DNA from: a virus | Virus record (IMG/VR): IMGVR_UViG_3300047562_003246 | Coordinates: 32,001 to 96,000 of that record | DNA length: 64,000 nt | Direction: 5' to 3' (one strand) | In this document: piece by piece, positions 17,366 to 27,200 of the stretch | How positions within the stretch are numbered: the first letter of the stretch is position 1 | Layout of the letters: each line of letters opens with the position of its first letter | Position numbers and translations under genes: made by a program | The notes under the pieces: generated by a model | What the model was told of the DNA's origin: nothing | Databases searched by the model: none | What the model saw: only the letters and a program-made list of their open reading frames with translations

Positions 17366-18223
17366 ATGACCACGCAAACCCTCGAATTCAACGCTCCTAG
17401 TGGGCTCACTTTAAGCTGCAAATTGTTCGCGATTGGCAGCGATACAGTGATCGCTACACAGACGGCATCTGAAAAGACAAACGATAAAAATCGTTACGCA
17501 GTTGAGTTTGAAGATATTCCTGCCGGAGTCTATCGACTAAACGCCTTTGTCGAGACGGTTGGAGGGTTTGCGAATGAACTGTATGATCTTGAACCGGTTA
17601 CAAAGACATTTTTGCCTCGCGGAGAATACAGTCCTGAACCTGTCGGGATCTATCAAATCACCGTGAATGTTACCAGCGGCGGTGTCGGAGTGGCTGGCTG
17701 TGGCATCTCCATCGCAGGTTTAGGTACGATCCCTCGTACAAATCTTCAGGGCCAAGCGATAATTAGCGTTGACTCTGGTACGTATCAGTTGCGGGTGCTT
17801 CCGCCAACAGGGTTTCTTGGTGTCCCAAATATAAATGCAGTAGTATCTGATGAAGATATTACTGTTCCGGTAGTATTAACGAGCACAATGATGCCAGAGA
17901 ATTTACCTCCAGGAATCTGTCGATTGTTTACTTACGTAATTGACGGTGAAGGTAAACCTGTCGAAGGTGTCGTGCTTAAAGCTACGCTCATGGATCTTAA
18001 TGTCACAACGACTTCTGTGGCTGTCGCTATTGCGCCGGTACAGGCTGTCAGTGACGAGAATGGTTACGTAGGTGTGGACGTTATCCAGGGCGGACAAATC
18101 ATCACTGGAAACAAAAAGTACCGAATTGAACTGTTCGATACGAACAACAAGGTGAGGCTGCGAATCAATGCAGTTATTCCTGACCAAGACTCTTATAACA
18201 TTAAAGATTTAGTCGGCGTGTAA
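17366..18223 (+). CDS. beta-sandwich (carboxypeptidase-regulatory/prealbumin-like) virion protein
   Basis: Repeated V.D..G.PV.GV and T...G...I.V..G.Y motifs. Confidence 0.55.
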   Translation: MTTQTLEFNAPSGLTLSCKLFAIGSDTVIATQTASEKTNDKNRYAVEFEDIPAGVYRLNAFVETVGGFANELYDLEPVTKTFLPRGEYSPEPVGIYQITVNVTSGGVGVAGCGISIAGLGTIPRTNLQGQAIISVDSGTYQLRVLPPTGFLGVPNINAVVSDEDITVPVVLTSTMMPENLPPGICRLFTYVIDGEGKPVEGVVLKATLMDLNVTTTSVAVAIAPVQAVSDENGYVGVDVIQGGQIITGNKKYRIELFDTNNKVRLRINAVIPDQDSYNIKDLVGV

Positions 18224-18247
18224 GCAGTTAGTTTGCTGTAAATTACC

Positions 18248-18306
18248 AAAGCTGGGTAAGTTGATCTTTTTAAACAACCTAGAGACTTTCAACTTATCCA
18301 CTTTTT
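18248..18306 (+). terminator. putative terminator
   Basis: gggtaagttga/tcaacttatcc stem with a long loop, then T5. Confidence 0.45.
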
Positions 18307-18447
18307 GTACTTATCTATCGCATAAAGATTCTTGTTCTGTTTACTTAGCCGTTTGTTTTTGCTAAACACAGAACATCTGGCACTACTGGTTTTGGAAAGT
18401 GCTTTCCAGTGTAGTGCTGAATTTTTACATGACTCAAAGGTGGCGTC

Positions 18448-18948
18448 ATGATGCGGTTAGTTTTGACAGGAGTGCTGTTTGTTTGTTGCTCAAATGTTTT
18501 TGCTCAGCAAATTATCTTTAGCACAAAGAATGGGCTGATCGGTAGAATCGCCCAAAGGATCACTGGAGACTTCTATACTCACACGGCAATTGTGTTGCCC
18601 GATGCACAAGGTAGACAGTGGGTGTATGAACAGGACTGGCCGAGAGCCAAAAAAGTACCGCTCAGTCAGTATGGCAAGCGAAGAACGATCAACGACGTTT
18701 ACGCTCTACCACTATCTGGTTCACAGATAGCCGCAATGCGAAATCACGCTGAATCGCGACTTGGCGAACCTTACAGACTCCGTGCTTACTTTAGGCCGGG
18801 AGCCAGATCAAATGGGACTTGGTGTTCCAATTATGTAGGTCAGGTTCTTAATGCTGGCGGCTACAATATCAGCAGACAAGGAATGCATGAGCCGGAAAAT
18901 TTGCGACAACAAATTAGCCCTCAATTCCAGTACAGCTATTACAGATAG
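18448..18948 (+). CDS. secreted permuted NlpC/P60 (YiiX/YaeF-like) papain-fold amidase
   Basis: Signal peptide; YTHTAIV (His) precedes LGEPY and WCSNYV (Cys), the permuted order. Confidence 0.7.
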   Translation: MMRLVLTGVLFVCCSNVFAQQIIFSTKNGLIGRIAQRITGDFYTHTAIVLPDAQGRQWVYEQDWPRAKKVPLSQYGKRRTINDVYALPLSGSQIAAMRNHAESRLGEPYRLRAYFRPGARSNGTWCSNYVGQVLNAGGYNISRQGMHEPENLRQQISPQFQYSYYR

Positions 18949-18964
18949 TCGTCAGGAAAGTTAA

Positions 18965-19216
18965 ATGCCCGCTTCCAAGATTCGTGAACGTATCGGTTAT
19001 ATCAACGAATGGATCAGCCAGGGCATTAATGTTTTCACAGGCGGGTATCCTGACGAAATGTTTTCAGCCAGAGCGTTCAGAACAAAAAACTGGACGCTCT
19101 TTTTTATTGATGCAGTCTTTGGACGTGGCCACTGCGAAGAAATGTATAAGTACGAGTGGTCAAGAAAGTCACAGCATCCGCACTATAACCAGCAGAACAG
19201 ACCTAGCGATATCTAA
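18965..19216 (+). CDS. conserved small phage protein
   Basis: N...GG.PDE..SARA.R...ID..F...HC pattern typical of a common phage family. Confidence 0.65.
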   Translation: MPASKIRERIGYINEWISQGINVFTGGYPDEMFSARAFRTKNWTLFFIDAVFGRGHCEEMYKYEWSRKSQHPHYNQQNRPSDI

Positions 19217-19248
19217 ATTTTTCGCTTATTTGCACCATATATACATGG
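19213..19248 (+). promoter_or_regulatory. candidate phage early promoter, copy 2
   Basis: 26/36 ungapped identity with 2127-2162. Confidence 0.6.
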
Positions 19249-19284
19249 TGTACACTTTAGTCATGAAGACTCAAGGAGGTCAGG

Positions 19285-19392
19285 ATGGATCCTATATCTG
19301 TAGCCTTGTTCGCAGGGCTGTCTGTTCCAGTGGCAGTGTTAATCTCGATTCTCGTTGATCAAATACTTGATCGTATCGAGCCGCGAGAATAA
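19285..19392 (+). CDS. 35-aa membrane peptide not in the ORF track (MDPISVALFAGLSVPVAVLISILVDQILDRIEPRE)
   Basis: Strong SD aaggaggt 4-5 nt upstream; one TM helix; first ORF after the promoter motif. Confidence 0.6.
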   Translation: MDPISVALFAGLSVPVAVLISILVDQILDRIEPRE

Positions 19393-19419
19393 CGCAGCCA
19401 AACTTGCTTAGAGGATAAT

Positions 19420-19788
19420 ATGCAAGTAGCAAAAGTTTTGGACGTATTTCTAGATGAAAACGTCCACTGCTGCTCACCGCAGCAATTGGCTCATACTGAT
19501 GAGCCTATTCTTTTCATCCCAGGAGCGTATGCCTGGGAGAACGATGGGCGAATTCTTGTGGCTGTTGTCAAGCCAAGCGGACCAGTAAGCCTCGAAGGCT
19601 TTGGGCTGTTGCTTGAAGACAGCCGACAAGAAGTAACAAAGCTAGATGGAATTAAGCTAATTCCACTAGCTGAAGGTCTTTTGAAGAAAGACCTGTCACG
19701 GCTTGATCAGCATTTTATGAAGCTGATCGAGATTTTCAAAGAAGTCGCTGGAATGTTTCCGGCGACAGAACTCAACGCCGAGGATTGA
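19420..19788 (+). CDS. hypothetical protein
   Basis: SD gagga; 122 aa. Confidence 0.7.
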   Translation: MQVAKVLDVFLDENVHCCSPQQLAHTDEPILFIPGAYAWENDGRILVAVVKPSGPVSLEGFGLLLEDSRQEVTKLDGIKLIPLAEGLLKKDLSRLDQHFMKLIEIFKEVAGMFPATELNAED

Positions 19789-19967
19789 TAATGTACCTGT
19801 GCGTAATTTTGGGAGGCATCGCTGTGATTACAGCGATAGCCTCTCTGTTTCCACAGAAAGATGTGGAACTGGAAAAACGGTTAACTGACCAGCTAGTCAC
19901 AGCTGATCAGAGAACAAAATTCGAAGAGGTGCTTGATTTCAATCACCCCTCGAAATTCAAGTGGTAA
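19785..19967 (+). CDS. small membrane-anchored protein
   Basis: N-terminal hydrophobic helix; start overlaps the previous stop. Confidence 0.6.
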   Translation: MIMYLCVILGGIAVITAIASLFPQKDVELEKRLTDQLVTADQRTKFEEVLDFNHPSKFKW

Positions 19968-19998
19968 TTAGCAGGTAAGCCTGCAAGTTACTACAATG

Positions 19999-20044
19999 GA
20001 GTCAACACGATATTTTTCTTGTTGGCTCTTTTTTTTTTAGCTAT
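19999..20044 (+). terminator. intrinsic terminator ending in T-tract-AGCTAT
   Basis: gagtcaaca/tgttggctc stem, T10, AGCTAT. Confidence 0.75.
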
Positions 20045-20064
20045 CACAACTATTCGGCAAAAAC

Positions 20065-21261
20065 ATGGAACAAGGATTCACATCACTGTCTGCGGGTATC
20101 GCCGAAATCGATCAGGCGGTTACCGATAAAACAACAGCCGATTTGGTGACAAATACAGGTCTCGGTGCTGTTCTGCGTAGGATCCTGCGCACGGTTTACG
20201 AGATAAATCCCGATGTTTCTGGTACCTGTCAGAACTGTTTTTTCTACGGGCAAGGAGCACCTGCTGCTGAGTTAGGCAAAGAAGATGACTGGTATTTGCA
20301 GATCGACACCGGAGACATATGGGCGCATTCCGGTGCAAGTGCACAAAATACGCCTGCTCCCATACCAGTTGATATTGAAGTCATTACCGAAGAAGACTTG
20401 GAAAACTTTTTTGGTAGCTGGGCGAAAACTGGTATCACGCTTAAGGGTCCAACGGGTCCAACTGGATTAACCGGACCCGCAGGAACCAACGGTACTAACG
20501 GAGCTTCAGTCGATGTTCGTATGTCTGGAACAGAACTACAAACAAAATTGACTAATCAGCTGGATACAAGTTACGTAACTAGATTTGATTTTGCAGATAT
20601 TACGCCAGTTGTAACGGTTAGCCCTGATTTAGATCTAAATTACCGTTTAGCTGGCGATGCTCCAGAAGAAGCTGCAACGATATTTGATCTAGCGTCCTTG
20701 ACGCCAAGAATGCGTGTCGATTCTAACAAGCTCCAGTGGAAGCTCACAGTTCAGCCTGACACCGATTATGTAGACGTTCTAAATCTCAATACGATTACGC
20801 CAGTATTTCGTATTGTCAATCGTGATGTGCAGTACAAATATGCTAGCCAAGCCGACAGTAGCTACACGTCTATCGGGGAATTAGATAGCGCTTCACAGTT
20901 AGACGGTGATATTATCCCGGTCAGCGTTGCGCTCAGTAATATTACTCCGGACACAACCCCTGAACAAGTAACAGCAGCAGACCAGCTCGGTGCGATCATA
21001 AAAGGCATCGATAATGCACTGACGCAGGCCCCTTTAAAAATGCGGGCTGTGCAAGTTGACGCGGCTATGGTTACCGCTAGATCGGTGAATTTTTCTGTCG
21101 AGCTTCGTGACCCGGCGAATGCTGTGGTAGTATTAGATGGATCCTTCCGACCAGCTGGACAGGTCTCAGTCAACGCTAACGGCGTAATGACTTGGGCAGC
21201 TGGAGGTGCCTTTGCCAGTGCTATAACTAGCTCAAGCTATGTAATACTGTTCTCTAACTGA
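20065..21261 (+). CDS. tail fibre/whisker-like protein with short collagen repeat
   Basis: GQGAPAAELGKEDDWYLQIDTGDIW motif and (GPT)n run GPTGPTGLTGPAGTNGTNG; contains 14-mer copy 3. Confidence 0.65.
   Translation: MEQGFTSLSAGIAEIDQAVTDKTTADLVTNTGLGAVLRRILRTVYEINPDVSGTCQNCFFYGQGAPAAELGKEDDWYLQIDTGDIWAHSGASAQNTPAPIPVDIEVITEEDLENFFGSWAKTGITLKGPTGPTGLTGPAGTNGTNGASVDVRMSGTELQTKLTNQLDTSYVTRFDFADITPVVTVSPDLDLNYRLAGDAPEEAATIFDLASLTPRMRVDSNKLQWKLTVQPDTDYVDVLNLNTITPVFRIVNRDVQYKYASQADSSYTSIGELDSASQLDGDIIPVSVALSNITPDTTPEQVTAADQLGAIIKGIDNALTQAPLKMRAVQVDAAMVTARSVNFSVELRDPANAVVVLDGSFRPAGQVSVNANGVMTWAAGGAFASAITSSSYVILFSN
20177..20190 (-). repeat. dispersed 14-mer, copy 3
   Basis: Exact match on the - strand; encodes RRILR on +. 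Confidence 0.95.
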
Positions 21262-21285
21262 GAACTCTATTACACAGGCTTGCAA

Positions 21286-24200
21286 ATGCGTCCAGAACAG
21301 AAGCTTCATTTAGCCCAAGAAACGCCAAATTTAAATCAAAGACTATCTCGTTTAGGTGCTCAGTATTCAGGCACCTGCGTGATCTTTGATTCGACATTCG
21401 GACAGGAATTGGACTTATCGCTATCTTTTGTCGGCGAAGATCCGAATTATCTGTGGGTTAGGGCGGTTTTTAGCAAACCACCAGCAAACTTATCGACAGC
21501 GTCTTTTACAATCACTGGACCGATTACAGCACATAGTCTGTCGGGACAAGATCGCAGTTTTGTATTTGTGCTGCAAAAAACAGGGTTTGGACAAGCTTCG
21601 ATCAGCATTGCTACCAATACCGTTGCTGACGAAGCTGGTGAGTTTTTCCCTGCAACTGGACCTATCATCAGGGATATTAACGCAAGGCCGATACCTGTCA
21701 TCACCGGGCCAACTCAGGTATCTGTAGGCACAACCCAGTTGACGATCACCTTCAATGAAGATGTTACTGGTTTATCGATTGCAGACTTTGTTGTCACTGG
21801 AGGCTCGGTTAATTCGCTAGTAGGTTCCGGAGATAGTTACACGTTTAATTTGGAAGTCGCAAGTATCCAGACCGAAGTACAAGTCGTGTTGCCAGCCGGT
21901 GTGTGTCAAGCGGCTAACCTCAGTACGAATGTTGATTCCAATATTTATGCGCCCGTTACCAGTAAAGGGCCGCTAACGGCAACTGTTAAACCGACTAAAG
22001 CTATTTTCTCGACTTTCTTAACTACGTTTTTAATTGAGTGGAACGCGGACGTAGATGATTCGTTTTCGCAGCAAGATCTGAGTGTTAATACAGGAACTAT
22101 CACAGGATTTACAAAAATCACTCCAAGTAAATTCCTAGTCAATGTCACAGTGACAGAAGACACAACAGTGACTCTGACAGTTGTAGCCGAGACTGTTACT
22201 TTGCTTGGATACGATCCAAACCTCGCAGCCTCTGGTTCTTGTCAAGTATCTACGACTGCCCTTACTTTTACGTTAGTGCCTCCGACTGGTTGGCTTAATG
22301 GAGAAGCAGTTATCGAAGTCATAGCCAACGGACCTCACTCTGGTTTATTAGCAAGTGATTTTGTGGTGCAAAACGGTGTCGTACTTGACTGGTCTCCTGT
22401 TGGTAATGGAGGCAGCCTCACGGTGGCACCGACAAGCTACGGTCGAGAAGTTGTGCTTGCTGTCAGTATACCTGCAGGTGTAGCAGTTAATCCGGCAGGT
22501 TTAGAGAATAACGCTGCTGGTCCTGTTCAAGTTTTTCATGATTCGCTGCCTCCAGCAATTACGTTTGTAAGTTTCACTAGGATAGGCGACGAATATGAAT
22601 TTGCATTTCGTACCAGCGAGATTGTTGTCAGGGTATTAGATTACTCACATCCAGAGTCCAGTAGCACTGTATTTACAGGCGAAGGACTTAACTGGGTTGT
22701 CCGAGTAAATCCTATTGCCGATAAGGGTAATTTGCAGATTAACTTTCCTGCAGGATTGTTTGCAGACAAAGCTTATAACGTCTCAGCTGCTGTCAGCTCC
22801 CCGGTTTATCCGTTTGACACAGTTGGTCCGGTAGGTGACTGGCAACTTGTAGCCGATGGTCACGCAATTACTCGGGTAACAAATAAGAAAAATCGAGCGT
22901 TCATACTCACGTTCGATTCGCAACTATCTGCAGAGCTAACAATAGACAAACTAACAACAAGTACTGGACTGGTTGTTTCTGGGTTAGAAGTGATACAACC
23001 GAGAAGAGTTTATCGCGTATCGACCGTCAATTCTGGTTTAACTGGTATTGCACAGTTATCTCTACCCGTTGGGTCTGTTCGCGATATGTTTGACAACATT
23101 AATACGACTGCAAGTACGGTTAATTGGGATTTCGATTTTGTAAAGCCTGTTGTCAGTGATTGGTCGGCTACGGTAGACGAACGCAACGTATTGTTTGTTA
23201 TTGAATTTAACGAAAATGTTTCTCGAAATGTCGGTAACTTTCAGGTACTAACACAAAACCTGACAGTACTGGATGTGACTTTTAGTTCTAGGATTATTAC
23301 CGTCAGTACTACGGTCAATAGTTCAACACCATCTAACAATCTGCAGGTAGGAATTGCCCTGCCTCAAAATTTTGTACTAGACATAGCAGACAACGGTAAC
23401 GATCAGACGATTTACTTTACAACGATTGTCGATACTGCTGGACCTACTGTAACAATTACCAGTCCACAGCATCCACAAACAAGTTCGCAGTTAGTTACGT
23501 TCGGTATCGAATCTAGTGATCCACTATCTAGTGACTTAGTTCGTAGTCAGCTGCAGTTGGTCAACGCTACGCTAGATCCGTTAAGCGATCTTGATACAAG
23601 TTTTGTCATCAATACGCCCGGTAGAGTTTATACCGCAACAGTAAGAGCTGTTCAGGACGGCGAAGTCAGATTAACAGTACCCGCTAATATTCTTTTGGAC
23701 CTAGACGGGAATCCAAACTCGCAAGGAAGTTTGACGGTTCTTGTAGGTAGCAGGTTTAATCTTACACTAGCATTTTCTGCAGGATCAAAACCAGATACTA
23801 GGGTTCTTACAGTTAGCTCTTCGATTGCGATTGATCAAAGTTCGTTGACAGTCAGCGACATCAATCCATCTGAAGGTGCTCTAAGTGTAGAGGCAGGTGA
23901 TTCGTTTAATAGATTTGTTATTCAGCTCAACCCAGCACTGACAACAGCAAGAGCTACGATACCGTCAGGGGAAGTTTTATCAACAACGGGTCGAGTTAAT
24001 AATCAGGCGACTCAGCAGACTAGCTACGCTGCGATGCTTGCTTCAGCGATTATGACTTCGACGACTCAGCAAGTTAGACGCAACGTAGATATTCCAGTTG
24101 ATATCACTTGGAACATTAGAGTTCAGCGGTTTACCGTTGCTGATCTAAAGATCGGTATTAGAAACGTAGACTTGCAGATAATTACTGGCACAGGCTTTGT

Positions 24201-27200
24201 AGGGAATATCGTAGGACTCACTACTATCGAGCCTGGGTACAAGTTTAGAGCTATTTGCAGAGTCTCCGAGTTTCCAAGTAATCTTCAAGAAAGATTACAC
24301 ATATGGCATGATGCGACTGTCAACGGTACAGCCGACATGGCGAATCGTCGTGTCACAGATCAAGCTTTTATTTCCCTTCCATTTGTTGATCCGCTTGTCA
24401 GTACGTTCTCTTCTCCAGACTCACCGTCGACGACAAAAAGATTGATTACTTTTGTTGTGACTTTCAATAGTGATTTGGCTCAGAACTTAACGCAGCAAGA
24501 TTTTACAATCATCAATGGTGCCATAGGAGCTGCGTATCCAGGTAGTTCTTTTACTGTTTCGCCAAACGGTAGGCAGTACACTTTGGTTGTTTACGCTTTA
24601 GCTGTAGATGACGTGACGGTTATTCTCGCTAACGACGTAGCTCAAGGTGCTCAAGGTCAATTCGTTCAAGGCGGCGAACTTACCGTTGTCTGGTTAGGAC
24701 TAGAAAACTTCTTCATCGAGTGGGTTACGGCTGCGGGAGAATACAGAGATTCTTTTGACTTTCATTTAGTCGTCGAAGAAGGTATTGACCTTGATTATGA
24801 TCAAGTCACTGTAGATAGTTTGGTCTTCAATTCTAATTTGATGAAGATCACTAAACTGCCAGGACAAAACGCTGCCTTTACTGCTATCAGAATACCGAGC
24901 TTGACAGTTGCAGTTTTTGAAGCACCAGCCGGTGTTTATGAATCGGCAGATGGTAGACGTAATAACAAAGCTACTGGCGTCAGGTCGTTACTTGCGTTTC
25001 TTGGCGGCTTAACTATTACTACCGAGACTTCGTTTGTTGTTTACGATAGAGACCTTGTTTTTACTATCACCTCGAATACAAAGATCAACGGCACGATTGA
25101 TCCTAACGATTTGGAGTTTGGTCTTCGTGACAGTCTTTACAATCCTGTTCCAGGATTTAACCAAGACGGTGAGCTTGTAGAGTTTGTTGAAGTTGTTCCA
25201 GGTTACAGATGGACAGGTAGATATCGATTAGACGGACAAATAACTACCACGGCGTACCCGTTCTATATTTGGTATACCAATAATGGCAACGACACTGTTA
25301 ACTACTTCAATCAACCGATACCATCTGGTGCAAGAGCCCGTTTACAAGTTCTAGGAGTATTCGCTGCTGAAATTTGGAATTCAACTCCAGCGGCTTGGTA
25401 CCCGTATCCAGCTATCTTGACGTTCGATATCAGGTTTAATCAGGATTTAGCTGTAGAGCTGACAACTGCTGATTTTGATATCGTCAACGGTAATGTTCAC
25501 ACTAGTTCGCCGTCAAACGGATTTGTAACTGTTACTTCGAAGCGACATTACAAAGTTTATGTTCGACCGATTACTACTGGTAACGTAACAGTAAGCATTG
25601 CAGCGGGCGAAGTAGCTAGCGTCACTGGCGCAAGAAATACAGCAGCTGAAGCTACTGCTTCTTGGACATGGTATTTCCAGTTAACAGGTCAAATTACTCC
25701 GACAGCTAAAGCTGACCAGTTCATGGTAACGTTGAATGTACCGGAGGGCACAATATTACCTGACGCGATGGCTCAGCAAAATGCGTTATCAACAAACAGC
25801 TGGGTCGCGGAGAAGATCTATGTACCCAATACGTTCCAGTGGATTCTAAGGGTACATCCAGCAACAGGTCCCACGTTCAACACATCTGAACCTAGACAGA
25901 TTCAGATTTCGATTAATCGCAATGTTTTCGTGACTGACAATGGTTCTCGTAATGAGCCATATGTTTTTCCTGCGTACAGTTTTACGGTAGTTCCAAACAT
26001 TAATTTGACTGTTGAAACAGACCCACTTAGTACAGGCGAAAACTTTGTTGTAAGAGTTAAGTCAAATACTTACTTTGTTTTTGATCCTGATAGTAATCCG
26101 TCACAAAATATACTGGGCCTTGGCATTATTTGTTATTGCGGGTTTGTTGATGTGTCGGGATTTGATCCTGCTAACTACCTCGCGAGCATCCCTGGATTAA
26201 CGCTTTCCGGCGACAGAGGATATCTGCAATCGACCGAGGTTGACGAGAACTACGAATACACTTGGGCTTTTCAGTTGACAGCAATTAGCCCGCCTAAGCG
26301 AATTCAATATTCTAATCTGATTACTTATGGACATCGTGATCAAGTTAACGTACAGGTTCAAGTCGGCTTTGACGACAATAATCAACCGATTTATCGATTC
26401 AGTCAGGAAGCTTACTTGGCGATTGTTAATAGCGTTATCGGTGATTTTGGTGCACGTCCACTCACTGGCGGCTTATTGCTATCAAACGGTGCTATTTATT
26501 TGGTGCAAGGAGACAAGCTCCATAAGCCTGTCGTACTTGATATTACAAAGCATCTTGTCGAGTTTGATTGGCTTGGTGATGTTTACGCTACATTTAGGCA
26601 CGCATTTCACAACACGTTATTAAATGTGTTTCCTAGATATAAAACTAGATCGATTATTGTTCGTGTTCGTGTACGAGAAATGCCAGCGGGCACAGCTCAA
26701 GTTATTACAGTTGATTGGGGCGACGGTGAAATAGAAAACATCACAGCTTCGCAGGCTGTCAATACTGGAGTTACTGTTCCGAATGAACTTGAGTTTTGGC
26801 TCAGTCACGTTTATCCAGACGCTTCGCTCTATACAGCAAGCATCGAAGCTGTATCCAGCTACACGACGATTACAACATTATGCGAGGCAAGAGTACGAGC
26901 TAACGGCACGTTAACGCGAGTCAGACCCACAGAGATATCGCTTAATCAAATCGTTGCAATCCGAGAAAACCCAAATCGAGACAAACTTAAAGGTCTGGAA
27001 GAAGTCTGTGTTAGTCAAAACTTGACAGGCATGTTGTCGGTCGTAAGCACAGCCGAAGACAAAGTCGTGAAAAGTTTGAAGGCATACACAGGTTATTTAA
27101 AACTACCTGAAGATTATGGGATTTTCAATTTCGATACTAATCCCAATAATCCTTTTCAAGAACGTCTTACCGTGGGCGGTGTGACTTTTGCACCAGTTGA

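Noticed and set aside
18984-19358. 124-aa plus-strand ORF spanning the promoter motif
   Set aside because: It overlaps a better gene (18965-19216), runs through the promoter copy, and conflicts with the SD-supported peptide at 19285.
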